The position numbers and the translations under genes were made by a program. Source: a virus. Taken from it: DNA of 64,000 nt. Each line of letters begins with the position of its first letter. Positions within the stretch are counted from its first letter, which is position 1. The DNA lies in the IMG/VR virus record IMGVR_UViG_3300036860_000514, positions 1 to 64,000 of that record, one strand, 5' to 3'. The notes beneath the pieces were generated by a model. It saw only the letters and a list, made by a program, of their open reading frames with translations, made no database searches and was not told the DNA's origin. Below, piece after piece: positions 1 through 9,350 of this stretch.

Positions 1-780
1 TCCGCCTGGACCTACGAGAAGCTGATCAAGCCGGCGAAGCTCGGGACCCTCGAGGCGATGATCGGCAAACTCGATCCCGACTTCGACCAGGTGATCTTCG
101 GCGATGGGGTCGGGGCCCAGATCAAAGAGAACCTGATCCAGATCGATCGCGCCTTCCACCACGCGACCGAGTCGGGCGATGCGCTCATCGAGGCGGCCAA
201 AGAGGCGGCGGCCTCCGGTGTCGCGACGGCCCGGCGGGAGGGGGCGCGAGCTATCCGCGGCGTGCGGGGCGCGGTACGAGCCGCGACGATGGAGGCGCAG
301 CAGGGTGTGGAGGCGGCGAAAGGCGCACAGGCCGCGGGCGCTCGGCAAGCTACCACCACCGGGCGAGCCAATGTCGCGCTGCGCCGAGAGGAGCTCGCCG
401 GCACCCAGGTCGCCCGCGACGTCAGTCTCGCCCCGATCGAATCTGAACAGAAAGAGCTGTTCTATTCGCGGCTCGGGGCGTCACCGCCGATCGGGGGCCT
501 GGTTCCGTGGCGCCTCGGCCTGATCGCGCGCCTGCTCTATGGACCGCGGAGTGCGGAGCTGGTGCGCTGGGCGGCCTACTCTCGTCAGAACACGCAGCTT
601 CTCGTTGGGGCGATGACGAGTCCGCATCTGGGGATGGCCGTCTCAGATCTGCTGCGGTCCCTCGATGTCAGCGGGTTGATTGAGCCGTCGGTCGTCGCGC
701 ATCCGAAGACGACGCCCGCCTCGCCCCCGCTACCAAGGGCGCCCTCGCGCGTGGCTCAGGCGCCGCCGCCAGGACCCTGA
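1..780 (+). CDS. 3' part of a probable internal virion/DNA-ejection protein (5'-truncated by the window)
   Basis: Frame is open from base 1 (SAWTYEKLIK...). Ala-rich helical sequence; last rightward gene converging on the replication operon, a usual position for podoviral ejection proteins (inference). Confidence 0.45.
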   Translation, partial: SAWTYEKLIKPAKLGTLEAMIGKLDPDFDQVIFGDGVGAQIKENLIQIDRAFHHATESGDALIEAAKEAAASGVATARREGARAIRGVRGAVRAATMEAQQGVEAAKGAQAAGARQATTTGRANVALRREELAGTQVARDVSLAPIESEQKELFYSRLGASPPIGGLVPWRLGLIARLLYGPRSAELVRWAAYSRQNTQLLVGAMTSPHLGMAVSDLLRSLDVSGLIEPSVVAHPKTTPASPPLPRAPSRVAQAPPPGP

Positions 781-1277
781 TTGCGCATTGCTGATCCGCT
801 CGGAACCCTCGGCTGATCGGTGGGACGGACAACGACTTCGCGCTTGAGCAGCTCCACCGTGTTCTGAAACGCTCGCTCCAGGAGTTCGGACGGCAGGTAG
901 AGCGGATAGACGCTCCCGGACCGCGCCATGCCCGCCATCACGCAATCCGCGATGTAATCGAGCACGTCGATCAGATTCACATCCTCGGGGATGCCATCCG
1001 CCTCCGTCAGGTGATGCCGATTCAGCTTGCGGTGCCGGTCCCACCAGTCATGTTTCTCAAAGCCGGTCAGGAAATCAGCGTGGAAGCTATCGACGTCCTC
1101 GACCTTGTCGAAGTCATGCACGAACGCCGCTCGCTGGAGGAGCGCCCCGAAGAACTTCAAAGCCGCCCGCACGTCTTCGATATGCTGCAGTGAGCTTGTC
1201 ATGAGCGTCGCCTTCGTGACGTTCTTGAAATCGCACGTGCGTGTATCCGCCGTCTGACTCATCGGGATCTCGATCAT
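756..1277 (-). CDS. HD-like metal-dependent hydrolase (DUF5662-like)
   Basis: Motifs QH, HDFDK, NRHH and IADC. ATG overlaps the polymerase stop (ATGA at 1274-1277). Confidence 0.6.
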   Translation of the reverse strand: MIEIPMSQTADTRTCDFKNVTKATLMTSSLQHIEDVRAALKFFGALLQRAAFVHDFDKVEDVDSFHADFLTGFEKHDWWDRHRKLNRHHLTEADGIPEDVNLIDVLDYIADCVMAGMARSGSVYPLYLPSELLERAFQNTVELLKREVVVRPTDQPRVPSGSAMRNQGPGGGA

Positions 1278-4200
1278 GCGCTCCTCCTCAGCATCGATCC
1301 ATCCTCCTCGTCTTCCTCTTCGGCCGCCGTCCAGAGGCTCGGATCGAGCGAACTGAAGCCGGGTACCTGGAGATCTTCCATGTCCTGCCAATCGTCGCCG
1401 ACTTTCGCACTAATCTCATTGGAGAGGAACGGACCCAGCCCCCAGTCGAGCGGCATCGGCTGATTCAGGAGCGGGCGCTGCATCACCAGACAAATGCGTT
1501 CGAGTACCCGATCCCAGACGCGATGGGGAATCTCAAACAGATCGGAGTCATGGATCGGGGCACGCAGGGGCGTGCGACCATAGTAGGCATCGCCGATGTA
1601 GTACGGGCTGTCCGGATCGAAGAGCTCGAGATTGACGGCGTCGAGATCGCCGGCGCCGATCGATTGCGGATAAAAGGCGAGCGCCCGCTTGGCGTCCTCC
1701 CCAGGCCCGACCTTGAAGTACTCCCCGTTGATGATCGTGATCGGCGGTTCCAGCCCCGCCTTCTGGTAGCGGGCGATCAGCCGGTAGTACTGCGCAGCGG
1801 TCAGCCGCTTGAAGGTAAAGACAGACCAGAGCTCCAGCTTCGTCCCGTAGGGGTGGTCGCCGGGCCCCCCGAGGTATTTATCGCGGTGCGCGCGTTCCTG
1901 CGTCTGACGCTGCCACGCCGTGACCTTCGGCGCCATCTCGTGAAAGAGCCGTTCGAACTTCTGCGCCGTCGCGAGATTGGGGAAGAGCGTCGGGTACTGG
2001 AGCAGCATCCCCATGAGGGTCAGCCCGTAGTTCTTCGCGTGGACGTAGTGCTTCGTCTGGTCGTAGAGGAAGACGTGCTTCTTTTTGTATTCCGCGAAGA
2101 GCTGCCGGAGGTCGTCGGGGCGATCGTAGAGCCAGGTCCGGTCGAAGGGAGTCCCGAGCACGTAGGAGAGCATCCCCGAGTGCACGCCCAGCTTCGCCAG
2201 GCGCATATAGTCGGGATCCTGCGCGCGATGCCCAACCTTGATCGCCTCGATCGCGCGGAAGTCCACTTCGAGGAGCCGACAGCCAGGGGAGGCGACGATG
2301 CACTTCCGGAAGCCGGCCGCGAGCGCATGCCGGCCTCCCTTGGCGACTCCCTTGTCGGCCACCACGTTGGTGATATTCGGGTCTACATAGCTTTTCCTCC
2401 CCATCGACGGTTTAAACGTCGGAACTGGATGGACCCGATCGTCGCTGTCGAGGCGTCGTTCTGTGCCTTCTACATAGGTCCCCTCCACTTTGTTGATCGC
2501 CCGGTGATCGAGCAGCGCCGTGTAGAACGGATCTTTGGTCTGCTTCTCGAGCCGTTCGAGCGTCTCGCGATCGGTCGATTCCTTGTGCGTCTTCTTAGCC
2601 CGGCCTGGCTGGTGCTTCTTGTGCTTGATATAGGCGAGCACCTGCTGCCAGCTATCCGGGTTGAAGGGCTCCTGCCAGTACCAGCGGGTGACGGTGGCGA
2701 CCTGCACCGTGATGTCGGCTGGCTGATCCGACGGCTTCCAGCGCGTCACCCCGTCCTTCCCGACGACGGCGACTTTGCACCGGTGCTTGCGGTGGACGTC
2801 CTTCTCCCCGCAGGCTTTACACACCAGGACTTCTTTGAGGACCAGCTTCTCGACGACCCGCGCTTGCTTATAGAGATCGAGTTTGATGTCAGACGGGGGC
2901 CGGCCGGCGCGGGGCTTGCCCTTTCTGGTAAAGGCGGTGGCTTTGACGTGCAGGACGTTCGGCAGCGGGGGGGCCGCGAGTCCACCCTTCGGCGTGAGCG
3001 GCGCGAGGGCCTCCGGATAGAGCGTCTGCATGATGGCGGACCGATCCTTCAGCTTCTGGATCAGGTCAGCCTTGAACAGTTGGAGTCGGGTGCGATCGAC
3101 CTTGACCCCGACGAGCTGCGCGGGCCGGAGCGCGACCGTGTGCAGCTTGTGCACATGGCGCATCGCGTTGTCGAACATCCGCATCGCGATGAGATCGCGA
3201 TAGACGCCGAACCCACAGCGGTGATTCTGGAGGCCATCGATCGCCCCATACTTCGCCGGCTCGAGGTCGGCGAGATGCTTCCAGGGCCCATAGCTGGAAT
3301 AGAAGGGGGCGACGAAGCCGAGCCCGCGAGGTGAGTCCGAGTGCAGGTAGTGCCAGAGCCACATCAGGTCGATGACGCGCCCGAAGTCCTCTTCTTTCAG
3401 AATGCCGGCGGCGACTTGGCGGGGGAAGTCATACTCCTTGTTCCACATCCAGATCGGTCCCGGCGACTGATAGAGCCGGCGGAGCTCGTCGATGTAGGGC
3501 CCTGCATGGGGCACCGTCCCGCCTTCGTCCGTGTTGATCGACCAGTTCTGGCGCAGGATCTGATAGCTGCGATCTTCGTTGGTTATTTCCCCCTCGTCTT
3601 TGCCACCCGCCTTATCCGGAGTCTCGACGTCGTTGGTGAGGGGATAGGCCCACGGGTCCTGCTGACGAGCCGCAACGGCTTGGTCGACCCAGGCGTGGAA
3701 CCAGTCCAATGGCGGATCCACGACCAGAGAACCTGTGTCAGCCGGTTTGCCATGATCGCGTGCCTCCTCCGCTTGTCGGAGATCCCACAGGACCGTGCCG
3801 ATCAGGTTGTGCGCCCCACGTTGTAAAAAGCTCGGGTGGAAGGTGGGAACGACCCAGAAGCGGTCTTTCGGCTCTCGCAGGATCGCGCCGTGAAAGTCGT
3901 GGACGCGGATCTTCTTGTACCCGACCAGATTCATGACCCGCTTCAGCGCATTCCCGCCGAAGGTGACCACGACTTTATGCTTCTCGTCGAGGGTGGGCTC
4001 GAGATAGGGACACGCCATCGCGGCGTGGTACCAGGGCGCCCGCTCATCGAACCAATCACCGGGCGGCCGACATGAGGCCACGTTATGCAGGCGAATGCTG
4101 TCCCGCGACCACCCCAGTAGGTTGAGCAGTCGTTGGAGCATCCCGCCCGCATCACCCATGAACGGCCGCCCAGTGAGGGCTTCGACTTTCCCGAGGGCCT

Positions 4201-4312
4201 CGCCCACCCCTAACAGCCATGCCTGGGGCGGACCGTCCGCGGGCGCGAAGCCCTCAGCCTGACGGTCGAGCGTGCAGCTACGGCAGGCGCTCGGTCTCGG
4301 GAGGGCGGGCAT
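1274..4312 (-). CDS. polA: Family A DNA polymerase with N-terminal family-4 uracil-DNA glycosylase domain (SPO1-type architecture)
   Basis: UDG motifs: CxxC, GEALG, PFMGDAG, SCRPP, PTFHPSF. Exonuclease motifs: DVET, NKEYD, YGAID. Polymerase motifs: FNPDS, GRKSYVDPN, motif A DFRAIE, motif B KHYVHAKNYG, motif C IHDS. Confidence 0.93.
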   Translation of the reverse strand: MPALPRPSACRSCTLDRQAEGFAPADGPPQAWLLGVGEALGKVEALTGRPFMGDAGGMLQRLLNLLGWSRDSIRLHNVASCRPPGDWFDERAPWYHAAMACPYLEPTLDEKHKVVVTFGGNALKRVMNLVGYKKIRVHDFHGAILREPKDRFWVVPTFHPSFLQRGAHNLIGTVLWDLRQAEEARDHGKPADTGSLVVDPPLDWFHAWVDQAVAARQQDPWAYPLTNDVETPDKAGGKDEGEITNEDRSYQILRQNWSINTDEGGTVPHAGPYIDELRRLYQSPGPIWMWNKEYDFPRQVAAGILKEEDFGRVIDLMWLWHYLHSDSPRGLGFVAPFYSSYGPWKHLADLEPAKYGAIDGLQNHRCGFGVYRDLIAMRMFDNAMRHVHKLHTVALRPAQLVGVKVDRTRLQLFKADLIQKLKDRSAIMQTLYPEALAPLTPKGGLAAPPLPNVLHVKATAFTRKGKPRAGRPPSDIKLDLYKQARVVEKLVLKEVLVCKACGEKDVHRKHRCKVAVVGKDGVTRWKPSDQPADITVQVATVTRWYWQEPFNPDSWQQVLAYIKHKKHQPGRAKKTHKESTDRETLERLEKQTKDPFYTALLDHRAINKVEGTYVEGTERRLDSDDRVHPVPTFKPSMGRKSYVDPNITNVVADKGVAKGGRHALAAGFRKCIVASPGCRLLEVDFRAIEAIKVGHRAQDPDYMRLAKLGVHSGMLSYVLGTPFDRTWLYDRPDDLRQLFAEYKKKHVFLYDQTKHYVHAKNYGLTLMGMLLQYPTLFPNLATAQKFERLFHEMAPKVTAWQRQTQERAHRDKYLGGPGDHPYGTKLELWSVFTFKRLTAAQYYRLIARYQKAGLEPPITIINGEYFKVGPGEDAKRALAFYPQSIGAGDLDAVNLELFDPDSPYYIGDAYYGRTPLRAPIHDSDLFEIPHRVWDRVLERICLVMQRPLLNQPMPLDWGLGPFLSNEISAKVGDDWQDMEDLQVPGFSSLDPSLWTAAEEEDEEDGSMLRRSA

Positions 4313-4493
4313 ATTTCAATCTAGGTTTCCCAGACCACTCCGCAGGGCAGGGCTCCGTGATGTTATAGATCCCCGTCTTCGGGTTCCGCTTCTCGACTTT
4401 GTCCCAGCGCGCCCCGCAGTCCATGCAATATCGCGGACTCACCGTGGAATTATAGCGGTGACTGGGATGGGGGATCGGGAGGCCCTTGGCCAT
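4278..4493 (-). CDS. small Cys/His-containing hypothetical protein
   Basis: Fills the gap in the operon; contains CMDC. Confidence 0.45.
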   Translation of the reverse strand: MAKGLPIPHPSHRYNSTVSPRYCMDCGARWDKVEKRNPKTGIYNITEPCPAEWSGKPRLKYARPPETERLP

Positions 4494-4764
4494 TCAGATA
4501 CTCCGCGATCACATCCCCATGGCAGTCCTTCGGCTTACACCAGCAGCCGAGGACCTTGTCTTTGAGCTCGGCGCGCGCCTGGGCTCTGAGCTCCGCACAT
4601 CCGTCGGAGTACCAGTACTGTCTGTACAGTTCGATCGCCTTCGCGCGCGTGAGTCGCCCCCTCGGTCCGTAGCTGCCGCCAATCGCGAAGGGGTTGCCCC
4701 ACTTCGACGGCCGGCCGATATACACATCGTAGAGCGTGCTCCGGACATTGACGACGGTGGTCAC
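4450..4764 (-). CDS. DUF4326-family protein
   Basis: Signature YDVYIGRPSKWGNPF...LGCWCKPKDCHGDV; GTG start overlaps the upstream stop (GTGA). Confidence 0.85.
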   Translation of the reverse strand: MTTVVNVRSTLYDVYIGRPSKWGNPFAIGGSYGPRGRLTRAKAIELYRQYWYSDGCAELRAQARAELKDKVLGCWCKPKDCHGDVIAEYLNGQGPPDPPSQSPL

Positions 4765-5543
4765 GCCTCTGAGGAACTCGATCCCCTTGGCGGTTCCGGC
4801 AACGCGCCGCAGGCACATCGCTCGTCGTCGCGCATCACATGAATCATGAAGCCTGGATGGCATGGGTCTGGGTAACACATGGAGATTCGCTCTCCACGGA
4901 CGGCGGCGAGGGCGGCCTCGACAAGCGCCTGTCCGAATCTCTCCAGCGCCTGTTTCTGCTCGTGATACTCGCCGTGAAACAGTGTCGGCCCGTGGCTCGA
5001 ACCCCACGACCAATCGGAAATAAACTTCCGCACGTTGAATGACTGCGCTTTCTCCAGCGCCTCGGTGAGCATGGCGTTCTGATCGTGATACTTGATCGCG
5101 AGATGTTCGTAGGCTTTCAGACGCTCCAGTTCTTGAGTGAGCGTGGCGACCTGCTCCTGGAGGCTCTCCCCGGTGTTCGTCACCATCTGCACGCACCGAT
5201 CGTCATAGAAGGCGACCATCTGCCAGTCCTTCGTCGCCGTGACGGGCAGGATCTGGCCGAAGACCTTCAGACACCACTCCGCAATGAGGGCGCGCTGATT
5301 CGCCGCGAACGCCCGATCATCGGTCGCCACACTCGACCGCGCCCCGCAGGCCGCCACGCGCGCCGTCATGATGCGGACGCGCTTCCCCTCAGCGAGCCAG
5401 GCCTTGACGCGCTCGACCATCGTGGGGATCGGTGGGCCGATGCCCAGGACCGCGTCATTTCCCGTGGTGTGATCGGTGGGCTGCTCGATCCATTCGGCGA
5501 GCACCCCGTCGAGATCGACCCCGATCCAGCTTCCGTCAGACAT
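4761..5543 (-). CDS. HAD-superfamily phosphatase-like protein with C-terminal extension
   Basis: HAD motif I GVDLDGVL, motif II MTAR, K, motif IV YDDR. Confidence 0.75.
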   Translation of the reverse strand: MSDGSWIGVDLDGVLAEWIEQPTDHTTGNDAVLGIGPPIPTMVERVKAWLAEGKRVRIMTARVAACGARSSVATDDRAFAANQRALIAEWCLKVFGQILPVTATKDWQMVAFYDDRCVQMVTNTGESLQEQVATLTQELERLKAYEHLAIKYHDQNAMLTEALEKAQSFNVRKFISDWSWGSSHGPTLFHGEYHEQKQALERFGQALVEAALAAVRGERISMCYPDPCHPGFMIHVMRDDERCACGALPEPPRGSSSSEA

Positions 5544-5594
5544 AGAAAAGTTTCCTTCAGACTTTCCGAAGTTTCCTTCAGACTCCGTCGGGCA

Positions 5595-5852
5595 TCAGTT
5601 GACCTCACTCACCAGCACGCCGGCCTCTTTGAAGCGCTGCTTCAGGGTCGCCTTATCTTTCTCATGAAAGATCACGACCTGCGTCAGATTGGCGAAGCCA
5701 GCCCCCGGCGGGTTCACGAGCAGGGTCTTCTTCTCAGCCCCGACACCCGCCTTGAGATAGGCGAGCCCGTCGTCGGTGAGCCCCACGATCAGCACCTGTC
5801 CTTGCCCGTCGTCGCGCTCCCCATAGGCCCAGACAATGTGCTCGTTCTTCAT
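5595..5852 (-). CDS. hypothetical protein
   Basis: GGAG RBS and ATG (MKNEHIV...) overlapping the upstream stop. Confidence 0.55.
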   Translation of the reverse strand: MKNEHIVWAYGERDDGQGQVLIVGLTDDGLAYLKAGVGAEKKTLLVNPPGAGFANLTQVVIFHEKDKATLKQRFKEAGVLVSEVN

Positions 5853-6061
5853 AAGATCTCCACCTTCGACGAGGTGACTGAGAGTCGGTGGAGCACCCGT
5901 GCACACTCATCGCCCTCGGCTCGGAGCGTGACGTACCCGCCTCCGACGAGAAAGATCGTCCCTGACGCTGTGATCCCGTCGGGGTCCGGCTGAATCGTCG
6001 CGATGTGGTCAATATTGACGAGGGTCTCCCCCTCTCGAGCCTGCACTCTAATCAGCGTCAT
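5849..6061 (-). CDS. hypothetical protein
   Basis: Overlaps both neighbouring genes by 4 nt. Confidence 0.55.
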   Translation of the reverse strand: MTLIRVQAREGETLVNIDHIATIQPDPDGITASGTIFLVGGGYVTLRAEGDECARVLHRLSVTSSKVEIL

Positions 6062-6507
6062 AGGTCCCTCTCGACAATCACAAACCGGTCATCGAGGATC
6101 GGCTCCAGAATGCTCCGCACCTCACTCCAGAGCAGCTTCCCATTCCCGCAGCCTGCGCGCGGCAGGAGCACCCGGCGGAAGTTGCGCACCGTCGTCTCAC
6201 CGACGAGTTGACACGCGCTCCGGTGGATCAGCTCGAGATCGGCCGTCTCCCACCAGTTGTGTTTCACGGGGAACGCGTAGAGCGGACAGAGGGTCGGATC
6301 CTCGAGGAGGAGCTGCACGACGTTGCCGCGTACGCGCAGGAGCTCCCCGAGCGTCACCTCGATGGTCGGATAGCGTTCTTTCGCCTGTCGGGCGACGCCT
6401 CGTCCCATCACGCCCCGCCCACTGATGGAGATCGTCCCGTTGGTCGTAATGCAGAGGGCGTCGGCGTCCTGCGCTTCGATCCAGAGGTCGCCAGCGATCT
6501 CGATCAT
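6058..6507 (-). CDS. Macrodomain protein (DarG/TARG1-like ADP-ribose hydrolase)
   Basis: GDLW, CITTN, GVMGRGVA, FPVKHNW, PRAGCGNGKL.W; start reassigned to MIEIAGD. Confidence 0.85.
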   Translation of the reverse strand: MIEIAGDLWIEAQDADALCITTNGTISISGRGVMGRGVARQAKERYPTIEVTLGELLRVRGNVVQLLLEDPTLCPLYAFPVKHNWWETADLELIHRSACQLVGETTVRNFRRVLLPRAGCGNGKLLWSEVRSILEPILDDRFVIVERDL

Positions 6508-7487
6508 GACTCGCCCTCGAAGATCTCCGCGATCTTGTCGAGCGCGGGCCGACAGGCCTCGACGATGTCGGGCATCGTGATGATCGTCGGGCGCTCCTCT
6601 CGCTGCTTCCGGAAGTAGTCCTGCAGCGCCGGCGTCGTCGGCTCGGTGAGCGTCGCGAGCTGATCGAAATCGCTCGCGTAGGTGCGGTCGTTGAAGGGTG
6701 TCCAGAAGGTCTCCTGATTCACCGGCCCACCCCACTTCCGCTGGTAGTACGCCCGCGCGCCCCGCTCGATCCCTGCCCTGATCGCCTCCGCCTTGCGCGG
6801 ATCGATCTGCGCGAGCGTCTGGGACGCCAGATGGAGGTACGGCCAATTGATCCCGAAGATCCGATCCGCCTCCCCCGCCAACATCAGTCGCCGGTGATAG
6901 TCCAGGTCTTCGCAAAAGGCCGGCGTGAAGTGCTCATCGAACCGGAACCGCACATGGCAGGCATACGAGATCAGAAAGCACGAGAAGTCCGGCCCCCCAT
7001 GCCCTACGGAGTTCATCTCAATGGGGGCGCGCAACCACTGAGCGGCGAGCTGATCACTGACGTCGCCAGGATCGGGGTACCAGCCATCCCTGTTCACACC
7101 CAACGCTGAGACAAACAGACTCTCAGTACTAGCTAGTACAGTACATAGGACGTGCATCGTCTCTCGATGCAGCCGGACGTCGTTGTTGACGACGAGCGCC
7201 TTCCAGGTGTCCATCTCCCCGAGCGCCTGCTCCCAGACGAAGTCGAGCGCGCGGTTCCAGGTCGCCGCCAGACTCGGCAGCGGCGGGTCGTGCGACCAGA
7301 GCAGCACCTCCGGATACAGCTCCGCGAGCCGTTCGAGTCGCACGCGGAAGTCCGACGGGACGCCCTGATTGACGATCAGGATGCGTGTGGGAACGGTCTG
7401 ATCGAGCAGATCGTCGACGACCGCTTCAGTCATCTCTGGGCCGGCGAGGACCGGCATGATGGCCCAGACGGGCTCAATCGTCGTCAT
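6504..7487 (-). CDS. Glycosyltransferase, GT-A fold (GT2-like)
   Basis: AIMPV start, LIVNQG, TWNRAL, VVNND, FDEHF.PAFCEDLDY, HLASQT. Confidence 0.85.
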   Translation of the reverse strand: MTTIEPVWAIMPVLAGPEMTEAVVDDLLDQTVPTRILIVNQGVPSDFRVRLERLAELYPEVLLWSHDPPLPSLAATWNRALDFVWEQALGEMDTWKALVVNNDVRLHRETMHVLCTVLASTESLFVSALGVNRDGWYPDPGDVSDQLAAQWLRAPIEMNSVGHGGPDFSCFLISYACHVRFRFDEHFTPAFCEDLDYHRRLMLAGEADRIFGINWPYLHLASQTLAQIDPRKAEAIRAGIERGARAYYQRKWGGPVNQETFWTPFNDRTYASDFDQLATLTEPTTPALQDYFRKQREERPTIITMPDIVEACRPALDKIAEIFEGES

Positions 7488-7708
7488 GAGGGCCTCCGGT
7501 CGACGTCGGCCATCAGCCGATCGAACCACATGAGGAAGGCGGTCATCGTCTCGATCTCGAGATAGATCACGTTGGTCACCTCGATGCCATTCTCGGTTGT
7601 GAGCTCGATGCAGCCTCGTGTGCGGTTGACGGCTGCGTAGACGCCATCCCCGAGATACGTCTTTCGGTCCGTGGTGGTTATGAGAGGGATCGAGGTTTTG
7701 TCAGCCAT
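7484..7708 (-). CDS. hypothetical phage protein
   Basis: YLGDGVY...IYLE pattern; AGGAG RBS. Confidence 0.6.
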   Translation of the reverse strand: MADKTSIPLITTTDRKTYLGDGVYAAVNRTRGCIELTTENGIEVTNVIYLEIETMTAFLMWFDRLMADVDRRPS

Positions 7709-7878
7709 GCGTACACTCCTGCCCAGAAGATCCACCCGACCCCGCTCGCGACGAGCGTGGTCCCGAGATTGTTCGTTAGGTACCAGACGCCCGTCGTCCC
7801 GAGCGTGAGCCCGAGACTGATACACGCGAGAATGACGCCGCGACGGAGAATCATCTCAGTCCGTCCAGGTGTGCCCAC
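7678..7878 (-). CDS. small membrane protein with two hydrophobic segments
   Basis: Two hydrophobic stretches in 66 aa. Confidence 0.5.
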   Translation of the reverse strand: MGTPGRTEMILRRGVILACISLGLTLGTTGVWYLTNNLGTTLVASGVGWIFWAGVYAWLTKPRSLS

Positions 7879-7962
7879 ATCGCTGACATTGCAGCGTGTG
7901 CGATCCGATGATCAGAACGGGCGAGTGTCCGAGGCGCAACCAACAGAGTAACCGTTTCCAGT

Positions 7963-8655
7963 TCATCGGCCGCTCCATCGCCAATACTGATTGCCCCCGT
8001 TGATCGTCTCCTCGTCGTACCCGTGTCGCACTCGCCAGCGTCGGTAGTCCTCCGCACTGTGTCCGTGCCGACTGAGGAGATCGGCTTCGTACTCGATCAG
8101 AATATCGGGGTGATCGCGTTGGATGATTTTCTCCGCCCCGAGGAGGACGTGGAGATCGGCGCCCTGGGTATCGACCTTCAGGACATGGACTGGAGCCGCC
8201 CACGCCCACCCCCACGCATCTAACGGGCGGGCGAGCGCGCCCTGCCTACGCGGGCGTACATGCGCCTTCCTCGCAGGGAGCCACGTGTTCGAGGCACGCG
8301 TCGGATGCTCACGCACTTCGTAGAGATTGATGTCTCGGCTATAACAGAAGGTCGGCCTGACGTGCACACGGTGGCCCCAGTCATTCGCGTGGACGTTCCG
8401 TTCGAGCAGAGGCTGGTAGGCCGGATTCGCCTCGACCGCCTCCACCAAGCACCCCCGAGCCGCAAGATACCCCGCGTAGAGCCCGACGTGCGCCCCGACA
8501 TCGATCACGTGTGATCCCACAGGGACCGCGTCGAGGACTGGCTTGAGGTTGAGGTCCCAGAAGCCGTCTCGTTGGATGTCCGCGTTCATGTAGTCGGCCG
8601 CCCGCGTCCAGAAGGTGCCGTACGGGAGAGTCAGCAGGGTCTCCTCGTCGGTCAT
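7963..8655 (-). CDS. FkbM-family methyltransferase
   Basis: VIDVGAHVG, AVEANP, LKVDTQGAD..VL.GA; start reassigned to MTDEE. Confidence 0.88.
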   Translation of the reverse strand: MTDEETLLTLPYGTFWTRAADYMNADIQRDGFWDLNLKPVLDAVPVGSHVIDVGAHVGLYAGYLAARGCLVEAVEANPAYQPLLERNVHANDWGHRVHVRPTFCYSRDINLYEVREHPTRASNTWLPARKAHVRPRRQGALARPLDAWGWAWAAPVHVLKVDTQGADLHVLLGAEKIIQRDHPDILIEYEADLLSRHGHSAEDYRRWRVRHGYDEETINGGNQYWRWSGR

Positions 8656-9350
8656 CGGTAACTCCAGTAGCGAACCGCTGGCTGCCACGGTCCCACATAG
8701 CCTGGGTTCGGTTTCCAGACGATCACGCACGAGTTGACGCCGGCGTTCGCCGCCGCTGAGCCGTCCGGCCGGAGGAACGAGATCCGGTGCGGCAGTCGGC
8801 GCTCTTCCATCGCGGCGTGCCCGGCCCATCCCAGATCGTTGACAACGAGCTTTCCGTTCGCTTGCTGCCCACGGATCTCGTGTCCCTGGACGTACGCGCG
8901 AAACCATTCGGTCTGTGGGGCATACGGGAGGATGGCGTAGGTGGTGAAGCCCTGCCGGCTTTCCTGCCAGCACTTCTCCGCCCAGCTCTCGACCTCGTAC
9001 CAGCGAGCCTTGGTCTCGTTCTTCTCGTGCTCGACCCACGTGCCGTCGATCTCGATCCGCCCCGTCCGATACGCATTCGCCAGCTTCTTGCTAAAGGGTG
9101 GATTCAAAAAGCCGGGCCCCCGGCCGAACTTGCTCGACCACTTGACGGCGAAGGCGTCCTCGCTGATCACACTCCCCGGCCCGAGGAACGTGTAGCTCTC
9201 CCCATCGCGCGAGACGAGGGCATTGTCAAGATCCGCGGCGAGGTCGACCACGAAGCGCGCCTCGTCGTCGAGCTTGTTATAGCAGTCCTGGGGCGTCCGC
9301 CAGTTAGACTCCTCGCTCGAATGGATTACACGGCGATCGTGGTCTCTCAC
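8652..9350 (-). CDS. Phage DNA N6-adenine methyltransferase (Dam-type)
   Basis: WRTP, DLAA, catalytic NPPF, TEWF, RISF. Confidence 0.88.
   Translation of the reverse strand: MRDHDRRVIHSSEESNWRTPQDCYNKLDDEARFVVDLAADLDNALVSRDGESYTFLGPGSVISEDAFAVKWSSKFGRGPGFLNPPFSKKLANAYRTGRIEIDGTWVEHEKNETKARWYEVESWAEKCWQESRQGFTTYAILPYAPQTEWFRAYVQGHEIRGQQANGKLVVNDLGWAGHAAMEERRLPHRISFLRPDGSAAANAGVNSCVIVWKPNPGYVGPWQPAVRYWSYR

Noticed and set aside
1241-3334. Long antisense ORFs (1241-3334, 41410-42876, 45026-46342, 49730-51640, 23072-24595 and others)
   Set aside because: They mirror motif-bearing genes on the opposite strand, as expected from high-GC codon bias, and show no recognisable motifs.
756-4312. Known base-substitution systems (2-aminoadenine, 7-deazaguanine, hydroxymethyl-pyrimidine)
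   Set aside because: No purZ, queCDE/folE/dpdA, thymidylate-synthase-like or TET/JBP gene was recognised in the window.
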